The notes under the pieces are model-generated. The model saw nothing but the letters and a program-made list of their open reading frames with translations, had not been told where the DNA came from and ran no database searches. A program made the translations under genes and the position numbers. Below are positions 1 through 6,672 of a stretch of DNA of 29,087 bases, piece by piece. Every line of letters starts with the position of its first letter. Within the stretch, counting starts at the first letter, position 1. The stretch is from a virus (Duplodnaviria > Caudoviricetes), in IMG/VR virus record IMGVR_UViG_3300006924_000113, positions 1 to 29,087 of that record. One strand, given 5' to 3'.

Positions 1-28
1 ACCTACTTCTTTTATCTGTTACCGCCAT
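1..28 (-). CDS. 5' end of a gene running off the left edge (MAVTDKRSR...)
   Basis: ATG at 28-26 lies 1 nt after the stop of the 30..467 gene and the frame is open to the window edge; only 9 codons visible. Confidence 0.35.
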
Positions 29-29
29 A

Positions 30-467
30 CTATTTCTTTTTCTTTTTTAATAATTTTTTATAGTTAATAAGTTTTTTAGCTTTCTTAACGTCTTTAGCTG
101 TAGAAGAAACTGTTTTAGCAGCTCCTTTATAGTCAAGGTTTTTTATGTTTTTTGCAAGCTTAATAGCTCCACCAACTATTTTACCAGTTTTAGAATTAGC
201 TACTTTTTTACCAAACTCTACACCTTTATCAACTCCTCTTCTTGCTTTTGTCTTTCCTGTAGAGTTTAATCCTGCTATATTTTTTCTAAGTCTTGAAGTT
301 TTTTTAAGACTACATTTTTTGCCTTTGCCTTTTGCTGCGGCGGCACATTTAGCTAATTTCTTTTTTTGAATAGCTAAAGATTTTTTAGCCAACATAGTCA
401 TTTTTGGCGCTGATTTTTTTGCAGCAGTTTTATTTTTACGACCTCCAGGGCCAGCTCCCATTCCCAT
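30..467 (-). CDS. Lys/Ala/Gly-rich very basic protein, putative DNA-binding or condensing protein
   Basis: 145-aa ORF with about 40 Lys and only 4 acidic residues; upstream TATATTTG box. Confidence 0.7.
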   Translation of the reverse strand: MGMGAGPGGRKNKTAAKKSAPKMTMLAKKSLAIQKKKLAKCAAAAKGKGKKCSLKKTSRLRKNIAGLNSTGKTKARRGVDKGVEFGKKVANSKTGKIVGGAIKLAKNIKNLDYKGAAKTVSSTAKDVKKAKKLINYKKLLKKKKK

Positions 468-500
468 ATTATATACTTTTAAATATTTGTTTTATCTTTA

Positions 501-508
501 CAAATATA
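501..508 (-). promoter_or_regulatory. Bacteroidota -7 promoter box (TATATTTG) for the 30..467 gene
   Basis: Matches TAnnTTTG about 34 nt upstream of the ATG; no clear -33 TTG. Confidence 0.5.
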
Positions 509-521
509 AGAATTTAATTCA

Positions 522-986
522 ATGAAATTTAAAGGGGTATATCCAAGAAAAAACACTACCAGAAAGCCGCCTGATCATGATTTTCTAAAATACTGGAGAG
601 TTATAAGGTACTGGGTGAAAGCAAAATACAAGTTAGGAACACCTGAATTAGAAATGTTACTATTTTTATACAGCGAACAAATATTTAATAAAAGTCAATT
701 CAAAGAATACGAAGAACTTATGTATTGGGATGTAAATCGTTTCAATAAATTATTAAAGGATGAGTGGATACACGTTTGGAGAAAGCGAAGTGGTAATGAA
801 ACGACTCTATATGAATTGACATACAAAGCTAAACGCGTTATCAATACCATATACAAAAAACTTAACGGAGAGGAAATATCAGAATCTCCAGTTTCAAATC
901 CTTTATTTAAAAATGATATTACTTATATGGATAAAGTGTATAGGAATATGATAAAAGAATTAAACAAAGAAATTAAAGAACAATAA
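522..986 (+). CDS. Putative winged-helix (MarR-like) DNA-binding protein
   Basis: 154-aa ORF; pattern 'LGTPELEMLLFLY...FNKLLKDEWIHVW...TLYELTYKAKRVI' resembles a wHTH with a YxLT wing; fold call is pattern recognition only. Confidence 0.55.
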   Translation: MKFKGVYPRKNTTRKPPDHDFLKYWRVIRYWVKAKYKLGTPELEMLLFLYSEQIFNKSQFKEYEELMYWDVNRFNKLLKDEWIHVWRKRSGNETTLYELTYKAKRVINTIYKKLNGEEISESPVSNPLFKNDITYMDKVYRNMIKELNKEIKEQ

Positions 987-1230
987 CAACATCGCGTTCT
1001 TGAATGATAGTATATGTTTCATCGTTTATCATCATGGTGTGACCAGAATTTTTATCGTAATATATTAAATCTGAGGCCTTTATAACAGTAACATCCGTCC
1101 CTGGCTTTACTACAGATCCTTTTTTATATCTAAACTCATCCACATCCGTTTGAGATAACAATAAACCAGAAGAAGTTTTAACCTCTTCTGTGATTGTTTT
1201 TATAATAATATACTTTCCAACTGGTTTCAT
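973..1230 (-). CDS. groES: Co-chaperonin GroES (Cpn10)
   Basis: 'MKPVGKYIII...EEVKTSSGLLL...GSVVKPG...D.IYY...YTIIQERDVV' is the Cpn10 pattern; start moved from 1284 to the ATG at 1230 (MKP start, avoids overlap with groEL). Confidence 0.9.
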   Translation of the reverse strand: MKPVGKYIIIKTITEEVKTSSGLLLSQTDVDEFRYKKGSVVKPGTDVTVIKASDLIYYDKNSGHTMMINDETYTIIQERDVVIVL

Positions 1231-1273
1231 TGTATTGTTTTTTAATTTACTGTAGTTCATCCACAACCATTCC

Positions 1274-2902
1274 TTATTGATCATCTACTTTTCTTGCGTG
1301 AGTAATTATAGCGTTAGTGCTAAGTATTGTTGTAGCTACACTTACCGCATTTAATAAAGCTAAACGAGTTACTTTTAAAGGATCAATGACTCCCATTTTA
1401 AACATATCTCCATACTTTTCGTTTTTAACATCATAACCATGGTCTTTTGGCAAGGCCCATGATTTAGAAAGAATTGCAGAAGCACCTTCATCATTAATAC
1501 CTGCATTATCTAATATTTGATAAAAAGGCTTGCACATTGCGTGTCCTAAAATAACATCTGCAACATCTTTGTCATCAAACTCATCTTCAGGCTTTTCCTT
1601 AAACCTCTGAACCTCAAGGTGTTCCCCAATAGCAAATAAAGAAGAACCTCCTCCCTTTACAATCCCTTCTTCTAAAGCACTACGAACAGCACATACAGCA
1701 TCTTCTACCCTATCATATTTTTCTTTTTGCTCTACATCAGAATTACCTCCAACATAAATAGCTCCAATAGAACCTGATAAACTTGCGATACGCTCATTGA
1801 TAAACTCTCTATCTGAAACTATATCTGTATTTTTTTGCTGTTCTTTTAATTCTTTAATTCTATTTTGTATCTCTTCAGTTAACTGATCACTTTTTATTAT
1901 AACAGTTTGATTTTTACCAGATATAATTTTATCAGCATGACCTAAGTCATCCATTGTAATCATATTTAAATTATCACCTGTTTTTTCTGAAAAGTATTTT
2001 GCCCCAACAGACAACGCGATGTCTTGCATAAGCTCGTGTTGTTTATATCCAAAGTTTGGAGGTATAATATTACATAGCTTAAGTCCGTTACGCACCACGT
2101 TTGCTGCCAGGGTATTCACAACATTAGGCGAGCAAGCCCCAATGATGAGAAGTTTCTTGTTTTGTTGTATTACTGGTTTTAATATATTTTCTATTTGAAG
2201 TATATTACTTATCTCTTGATCACAAACTAAAACTAAAGCATCCTCTAATACTGCTTCGTCATTTTTTTGATTAGTGATAAATAAATTAGAAGTATAACCT
2301 CTATCAACTTTTATTCCGTTTGTAACTGTTGCATAAGTCTCATGGTTTTGAGAACTCTCAACTGTAACTATTCCATTGACTCCAACTTTTTTATAAGCCT
2401 CTGAAATAATCTTACCTAACTCTGGATCATTGTTTGAAGAAATAGTAGCAACATCTTTTAATGTTGAAGAAGTAACTTTGCGACTCTGTTTTTTTAATTT
2501 AGAAACAACATTGTCAGCAGTCTTTTTTATATTCCGAACAACATCAGTTACATTATGTTCTGGTTGTAAAAACTTTTCACCAGCCTTTACCAAAGCTTCA
2601 GTCAAAACAATTGCAGTAGTAGTTCCATCACCAGCAGAATTAGCAGTTCTTCGAGCCGCATCTTTCATCATAGTAATAGCCAAGTTCTCTACAGGATCTA
2701 TTAATGATATAGATTCCGCAACAGTAACTCCATCTTTTGTAATTGTAATTCCTTGCGTGTGATTAGAAGATTCTATTAAAACAGTTTTTCCGCGTGGGCC
2801 TAAAGTGCTTTTTACAGCTTTAGATATTTTTGTTATTCCGCTAATTAATTTGTTTCTTCCGACTTGATCGAACTCAAGATCCTTTGGTATGTAGTTGCTC
2901 AT
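1274..2902 (-). CDS. groEL: Chaperonin GroEL (Cpn60), phage-type
   Basis: 542 aa; TLGPRG, ITKDGVTVA, AGDGTTTA, EDAVCAVRSALEEGIVKGGG and GVIDPLKV motifs; no C-terminal GGM tail. Confidence 0.97.
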   Translation of the reverse strand: MSNYIPKDLEFDQVGRNKLISGITKISKAVKSTLGPRGKTVLIESSNHTQGITITKDGVTVAESISLIDPVENLAITMMKDAARRTANSAGDGTTTAIVLTEALVKAGEKFLQPEHNVTDVVRNIKKTADNVVSKLKKQSRKVTSSTLKDVATISSNNDPELGKIISEAYKKVGVNGIVTVESSQNHETYATVTNGIKVDRGYTSNLFITNQKNDEAVLEDALVLVCDQEISNILQIENILKPVIQQNKKLLIIGACSPNVVNTLAANVVRNGLKLCNIIPPNFGYKQHELMQDIALSVGAKYFSEKTGDNLNMITMDDLGHADKIISGKNQTVIIKSDQLTEEIQNRIKELKEQQKNTDIVSDREFINERIASLSGSIGAIYVGGNSDVEQKEKYDRVEDAVCAVRSALEEGIVKGGGSSLFAIGEHLEVQRFKEKPEDEFDDKDVADVILGHAMCKPFYQILDNAGINDEGASAILSKSWALPKDHGYDVKNEKYGDMFKMGVIDPLKVTRLALLNAVSVATTILSTNAIITHARKVDDQ

Positions 2903-2922
2903 TGTATTTAATTTAATTTAAA

Positions 2923-2953
2923 CAAATGTACAAAATATATTTTAAATAGACAA
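2923..2953 (-). promoter_or_regulatory. Bacteroidota sigma-A-type promoter for groEL-groES
   Basis: On the minus strand TTG-N20-TACATTTG, 20 nt upstream of the groEL ATG. Confidence 0.65.
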
Positions 2954-3145
2954 TGACGAATGTCAAACAATATTGCTCCTACTTACTTATATATATATTA
3001 CTACTACTACTACTATTTTTTTATTATTATTATAGTATTTTTTTCGACATTTTCGACATTTAATAAAAATAGTAATATAAAGTATTGAAAAAGAGATAGT
3101 TAGTTAATGCCGATTTTTTTTTAATACAACATTGTTGTGTCGATT
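2949..3145. repeat. Origin-like intergenic element, copy A
   Basis: TGAC-GAAT-GTCA inverted repeat (2954-2965), (CTA)n/(TTA)n AT-rich tract, GACATTTTCGACATT (3046-3060), AAAGAGATAGTTA (3090-3102); last two blocks identical at 12786-12800 and 12821-12833. Confidence 0.7.
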
Positions 3146-3161
3146 ATTATACATATTATAC

Positions 3162-3188
3162 AAAAAAAGAGAACCTATTAAGATTCTC
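3162..3188 (-). terminator. Intrinsic terminator after the 3215..3427 gene
   Basis: Minus strand GAGAATCT-TAAT-AGGTTCTC followed by T7; the U-G wobble pair works only on this strand. Confidence 0.7.
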
Positions 3189-3214
3189 CTTCAAAATAAA
3201 AATTAGTGAGTGAA

Positions 3215-3427
3215 CTAAAATCTTAATTGTCTGAAATGTTTTTTGTTATCAGCAAGCTCTATAGCTTCAGATATTTGGTTAACCTTGCGGTCATTTTTTA
3301 CAGCTCTTTTTATAGAAGCTGCTTTTTGAATACCAGTCATTGAATCTGGTCTATCGTTTATTAACCTTCCATCTTTCACGTAAAGTCCGTTAACAAAGTC
3401 TCTTGGGTTTAAGTTTTTGCTATGCAT
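3215..3427 (-). CDS. Hypothetical protein (70 aa), monocistronic
   Basis: ORF flanked by its own -7 box upstream and a terminator downstream. Confidence 0.75.
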   Translation of the reverse strand: MHSKNLNPRDFVNGLYVKDGRLINDRPDSMTGIQKAASIKRAVKNDRKVNQISEAIELADNKKHFRQLRF

Positions 3428-3451
3428 GATATTATTCTTTTAGTTAAAAAA

Positions 3452-3459
3452 CAAATATA
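3452..3459 (-). promoter_or_regulatory. Bacteroidota -7 promoter box (TATATTTG)
   Basis: TAnnTTTG match 24 nt upstream of the ATG at 3427. Confidence 0.55.
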
Positions 3460-3594
3460 CTAAAAAAAATTTTTTTTATTCAGACATATAGAACTTGAGG
3501 GTAATACATACACATACGTTGACGATCCCCAAAAGGAAAACGATTTTTTTTAAAAAAGTCAAATCAAATGCTAAAATATTTTTTCCAATGTTTT

Positions 3595-3730
3595 GGCGTT
3601 TTGCTACGAGCAACAGCACAGCACCAGGAACACGCGCCGAGGCCGTACCGCCTCGCCACGTTTCGCCCTTCCGCGGTTACTCCTGGCACGCTCTCCACCG
3701 CTCGCGCGCTCCATTGCTCCAGGAAAGAGA
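3595..3730. other. GC-rich structured non-coding island at the divergence point
   Basis: Abrupt GC-rich tract in AT-rich flanks; near-perfect palindrome CGAGGCCGTACCGCCTCG (3638-3655), CCAGGA/TCCTGG arms (3624-3629, 3681-3686), TTGCT-ACG-AGCAA (3601-3613). Confidence 0.6.
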
Positions 3731-3923
3731 AGATCCCTTTGTTAAACTTTTAATATTAGATCTTTTTTACACTTCAAGACATTGAAGGTTATACCTCCGC
3801 GAACGCTTAAAATATTAAATGTTTCTTATTTATATTGATTATAAATTACGTTTATAACTTGCACATTATCAGCACGTTACACGCTCAAGATATTTGTAAC
3901 AAGTATATAATTTAAAAAAACGC

Positions 3924-3953
3924 TTGTATAACTTAAATATTAAACTATCTTTG
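3924..3953 (+). promoter_or_regulatory. Main early promoter (Bacteroidota consensus)
   Basis: TTG(3924-3926)-N19-TATCTTTG(3946-3953), a full consensus match, 35 nt before the first rightward gene. Confidence 0.8.
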
Positions 3954-3988
3954 AACAAAATATAAACATTAACCCATAAATTAACATT

Positions 3989-4219
3989 ATGCATTCAATA
4001 CAAGTAAAAGTAAAAAGCGAAGTTTTAAGACAGTTAAACAATATTAAAATAGACGCGCAAGAGGTTAAAAATTTAGTTGATTTCGGAAACCCAACAGAAA
4101 AAGCAATAACTGAAGATTTTACCGCGGAAAAATTAGAAGCGAACGGAGTTTTTGACCTTGTCAGTAATTTAGAAGACGAAATTAAAACCTTAAAAATGCT
4201 TTTAAACTTATTAAAATAA
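3989..4219 (+). CDS. Early hypothetical protein (76 aa)
   Basis: First ORF after the early promoter; stop is immediately followed by hairpin repeat 1. Confidence 0.75.
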   Translation: MHSIQVKVKSEVLRQLNNIKIDAQEVKNLVDFGNPTEKAITEDFTAEKLEANGVFDLVSNLEDEIKTLKMLLNLLK

Positions 4220-4221
4220 TA

Positions 4222-4250
4222 TAAACCAGGGCGCAGAAATGCGCCCACAA
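4222..4250 (+). repeat. Intergenic hairpin repeat, copy 1 (variant stem)
   Basis: TAAACCA-GGGCGCA-GAAA-TGCGCCC-ACAA. Confidence 0.92.
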
Positions 4251-4260
4251 TTAAAAAACT

Positions 4261-4647
4261 ATGTTACGCACAAACTCAAAAAAATATCTTTCAAATATTC
4301 AAAATTATTTGCTTGATGCAATCAATACAGACGACCACACAACAGAAGCAACAACACACGCGGAAAAATTGGCCTTTGTTATGTCTTGTTATGAATCAGA
4401 ATTTAACCACAGATTCAACCAGGCACGACACCCAAACGAACAAACGCGGTTTGCTCATTGGCTTGCTGGCCTTCCTTCGGTTTTAAATATTCCATTTTAT
4501 AACGATGATATTGTAAAACTTGCAAAACGCCTCCAGGAAGTTGACACCTACCCAAACGAAAAAAACACCACAAAACGAATAGTTGAAAACTATTTCAATT
4601 TTATGGCGTACCACATTTTAAAACTAAATGCAAAACTTAATAAATAG
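4261..4647 (+). CDS. Early hypothetical protein (128 aa)
   Basis: ORF fills the space between repeats 1 and 2. Confidence 0.85.
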   Translation: MLRTNSKKYLSNIQNYLLDAINTDDHTTEATTHAEKLAFVMSCYESEFNHRFNQARHPNEQTRFAHWLAGLPSVLNIPFYNDDIVKLAKRLQEVDTYPNEKNTTKRIVENYFNFMAYHILKLNAKLNK

Positions 4648-4650
4648 ATC

Positions 4651-4679
4651 TAAACCAGGGAGCGGAAACGCTCCCACAA
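4651..4679 (+). repeat. Intergenic hairpin repeat, copy 2
   Basis: TAAACCA-GGGAGCG-GAAA-CGCTCCC-ACAA. Confidence 0.95.
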
Positions 4680-4689
4680 ATTTAATTTT

Positions 4690-4935
4690 ATGACCACATT
4701 TGAAACACTTACAGAAGACCAAAGAAGCGCAATTTTAGAGGCTAAAAATTTGGTAACGATTGAAGACCTCAGCGCCTTAAGTTATGGCGAAGATTTAGAG
4801 CTAACAAATAAAGTTTGTTTATCTCATTACTGCGAAGATGATATTATAGTTTTAAACCTTTCCGAAGAATGGGAAGAAGTATTTCAAATACTTTTTAATA
4901 CAGATACCGAAGAAATAATTTTTGAATCAATATAA
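4690..4935 (+). CDS. Early highly acidic protein (81 aa)
   Basis: ORF fills the space between repeats 2 and 3; about 20 D/E versus 3 K/R. Confidence 0.85.
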   Translation: MTTFETLTEDQRSAILEAKNLVTIEDLSALSYGEDLELTNKVCLSHYCEDDIIVLNLSEEWEEVFQILFNTDTEEIIFESI

Positions 4936-4938
4936 TTA

Positions 4939-4967
4939 TAAACCAGGGAGCGGAAACGCTCCCACAA
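4939..4967 (+). repeat. Intergenic hairpin repeat, copy 3
   Basis: Identical to copy 2 over 29 nt, followed by TACC. Confidence 0.95.
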
Positions 4968-4979
4968 TACCGCAAAAAA

Positions 4980-5246
4980 ATGACTATCACAATGACAAGA
5001 ACAAAGCAAGAAAAAAACCCAAGTACAAAAACCACGTTTTTACCTGGTGTTACATTTGTTGAAGAAATCACAGAGCGCGAATATAATTTAATAACTAAAG
5101 ATGAAACGCTTAAGGCCTTCAGAAGAGCAGGAGGCAAAGAACACGCGGAGCGCTCGTATACTTGTAGAGGCTACAACGTAGTAAAGTTAACAAGCACAAG
5201 CCCAACAAACCAAACAAGAATAATAAGAGAATTTAAATTTCAATAG
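4980..5246 (+). CDS. Early hypothetical protein (88 aa)
   Basis: ORF starts 12 nt after repeat 3. Confidence 0.8.
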   Translation: MTITMTRTKQEKNPSTKTTFLPGVTFVEEITEREYNLITKDETLKAFRRAGGKEHAERSYTCRGYNVVKLTSTSPTNQTRIIREFKFQ

Positions 5247-5248
5247 AT

Positions 5249-5413
5249 ATGAAAAAAATAATCACAATAGTAATTTGTTTAATATTTGCAACGCCAACGC
5301 TTACAAGTTGTAGCGCCTCCAGGCAATGTAAAACGTCAAAGTATAAAAAGAAAATGTATACTAAAAAATGTTGGAATGCAAAACGCCAAAAATATACAAG
5401 ATGCCGAAGATAA
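5249..5413 (+). CDS. Small basic lipoprotein (54 aa; not in the ORF track)
   Basis: MKKIITIVICLIFATPTLTS-CSASRQCKTSKYKKKMYTKKCWNAKRQKYTRCRR: MKK start, hydrophobic stretch, lipobox LTSC; starts 2 nt after the previous stop. Confidence 0.75.
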   Translation: MKKIITIVICLIFATPTLTSCSASRQCKTSKYKKKMYTKKCWNAKRQKYTRCRR

Positions 5414-5565
5414 AAACAGAGATAACGGAGTTAATAAAATTCCGCAATCAATACGAAAACGCGACAACAGAAGCGCGATTTATTGAGGCCGAAGAGTATT
5501 TATGTAAGGTACACGATAAATTTGGAACAATAGAAGTTTCAGCGATTAGAAATTTAATTAAGTAG
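5401..5565 (+). CDS. Early hypothetical protein (54 aa)
   Basis: Likely start MPKIKTE at 5401 within track ORF 5368..5565; stop is followed by repeat 4. Confidence 0.7.
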   Translation: MPKIKTEITELIKFRNQYENATTEARFIEAEEYLCKVHDKFGTIEVSAIRNLIK

Positions 5566-5567
5566 TA

Positions 5568-5596
5568 TAAACCAGGGAGCGGAAACGCTCCCATAA
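5568..5596 (+). repeat. Intergenic hairpin repeat, copy 4
   Basis: TAAACCA-GGGAGCG-GAAA-CGCTCCC-ATAA followed by TACC. Confidence 0.95.
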
Positions 5597-5606
5597 TACC
5601 AAAGTT

Positions 5607-5873
5607 ATGAAGTATACAAATCAATTTATTAAAATAGGTAACAAACAAGTAAAGCAAATAAATAAAACAGAGGCTAAAAAAGTATATGATAAAGGCCATG
5701 ATCTTTATTTAAACGCTTGCAATATGATGTTAAATAATTCCTGGACAAGCCCAATGTTATTAAATAACGGATCTTCTGAAAAGTTTGAAACAATGGTAAA
5801 CGAGTACGAGTATTATAATTGTTGCAGTGAACGAGGAAAGTACGCAAATTATTTTATTAATGTAAATAAATAA
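5607..5873 (+). CDS. Early hypothetical protein (88 aa)
   Basis: Starts 10 nt after repeat 4; tightly packed with the next gene. Confidence 0.85.
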   Translation: MKYTNQFIKIGNKQVKQINKTEAKKVYDKGHDLYLNACNMMLNNSWTSPMLLNNGSSEKFETMVNEYEYYNCCSERGKYANYFINVNK

Positions 5874-5876
5874 GTT

Positions 5877-6155
5877 ATGGAGTATAAGTCTAACATTATC
5901 AAAATAGGTAATAAAGAATTAATGACAAGTGGTAACAGAGAGGTTATGAATATAGAAACAATAACAAACGATGACACGCGAGATGTCTCAATTAGAATTG
6001 TAGATTTTTTAATAAATAATGAATTTATAAAGTATAAAGAAGGAAATTATCCCTTCGAGATACAAGACGAAATACACGAAGAAATAAATAATTTAATAAA
6101 CATAAGTGAACAAAACGAACAAGTAATAATCGAAAGTAAAATAAATAAGTTATGA
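5877..6155 (+). CDS. Early hypothetical protein (92 aa)
   Basis: 3 nt after previous stop; ATGA overlap with next gene; N-terminus resembles that of 5607..5873. Confidence 0.8.
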   Translation: MEYKSNIIKIGNKELMTSGNREVMNIETITNDDTRDVSIRIVDFLINNEFIKYKEGNYPFEIQDEIHEEINNLINISEQNEQVIIESKINKL

Positions 6156-6346
6156 AAGCATATAAACGAAGAGTAAAATACACGCAAGAGTATATTAACA
6201 AATCAGATCTAAAGGAAATAAATAAAATTATAATGGATCAAAATTGGAGTAGGCCTTTTTTATTAAGAATGTGTTTTGATAGAGCGCTTGAATTAGGATA
6301 CAAGGGAACATTTCCAGTAACTAAATGGGATACCGATGAAGTTTAA
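6152..6346 (+). CDS. Early hypothetical protein (64 aa)
   Basis: Coupled overlaps on both sides. Confidence 0.75.
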   Translation: MKAYKRRVKYTQEYINKSDLKEINKIIMDQNWSRPFLLRMCFDRALELGYKGTFPVTKWDTDEV

Positions 6347-6596
6347 ATTAAGAGCGACAAGCAACGTAAAAGCGTTTTACCTGGCCAAATATTCAACAGA
6401 TGAATTAGGCCAGGAAATCGATAGCAACATAAATTTCAAAATGGTTTTTGAATGCCTTGACAACTATCAAGAAATATACGACTTAATAGGCGTTTGCGAT
6501 AGCCTGGTTAGGGAAAGAATTTTCGAAGCGCTTGCCGAAATAATGAATGTAGAATATGACTACATATATCACCAATGGTTAGGTAATTCAAATTAA
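6336..6596 (+). CDS. Early hypothetical protein (86 aa)
   Basis: In-line ORF in a packed operon. Confidence 0.8.
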   Translation: MKFKLRATSNVKAFYLAKYSTDELGQEIDSNINFKMVFECLDNYQEIYDLIGVCDSLVRERIFEALAEIMNVEYDYIYHQWLGNSN

Positions 6597-6612
6597 AGAA
6601 AGTTTAAAAAAC

Positions 6613-6643
6613 TTGCACAAGATGTTTATAATAACTATATTGC
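6613..6643 (+). promoter_or_regulatory. Possible second early promoter
   Basis: TTG(6613-6615)-N20-TATATTGC(6636-6643), a variant -7 box, in the gap before the ATG at 6673. Confidence 0.45.
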
Positions 6644-6672
6644 AGAAAATTAATCTAATTAAATATAAAAAA

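Noticed and set aside
1274-2902. groEL as evidence of host chromosome (prophage boundary)
   Set aside because: Divergent sequence, reversed order with groES, phage-like flanking genes, no integrase or att site seen
3595-3730. tRNA or hammerhead ribozyme in the GC island
   Set aside because: No cloverleaf with T-loop motif and no CUGANGA core on either strand by eye; an Infernal search is still needed
3495-3785. Track ORFs 3495..3785 and 3568..3753
   Set aside because: Probably open only because the GC island lacks stop codons; atypical composition and upstream of the early promoter
5286-5486. Track ORF 5286..5486
   Set aside because: Overlaps the better-supported lipoprotein (5249..5413) and 5401..5565 genes in another frame
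4222-5596. Hairpin repeats as a CRISPR array
   Set aside because: Intervals are about 260-600 bp, irregular and filled with complete ORFs; no cas genes in the window
4222-5596. Hairpin repeats as integron attC sites or intrinsic terminators
   Set aside because: No RYYYAAC/GTTRRRY boxes, too short, no integrase seen; no U-tract after the stem
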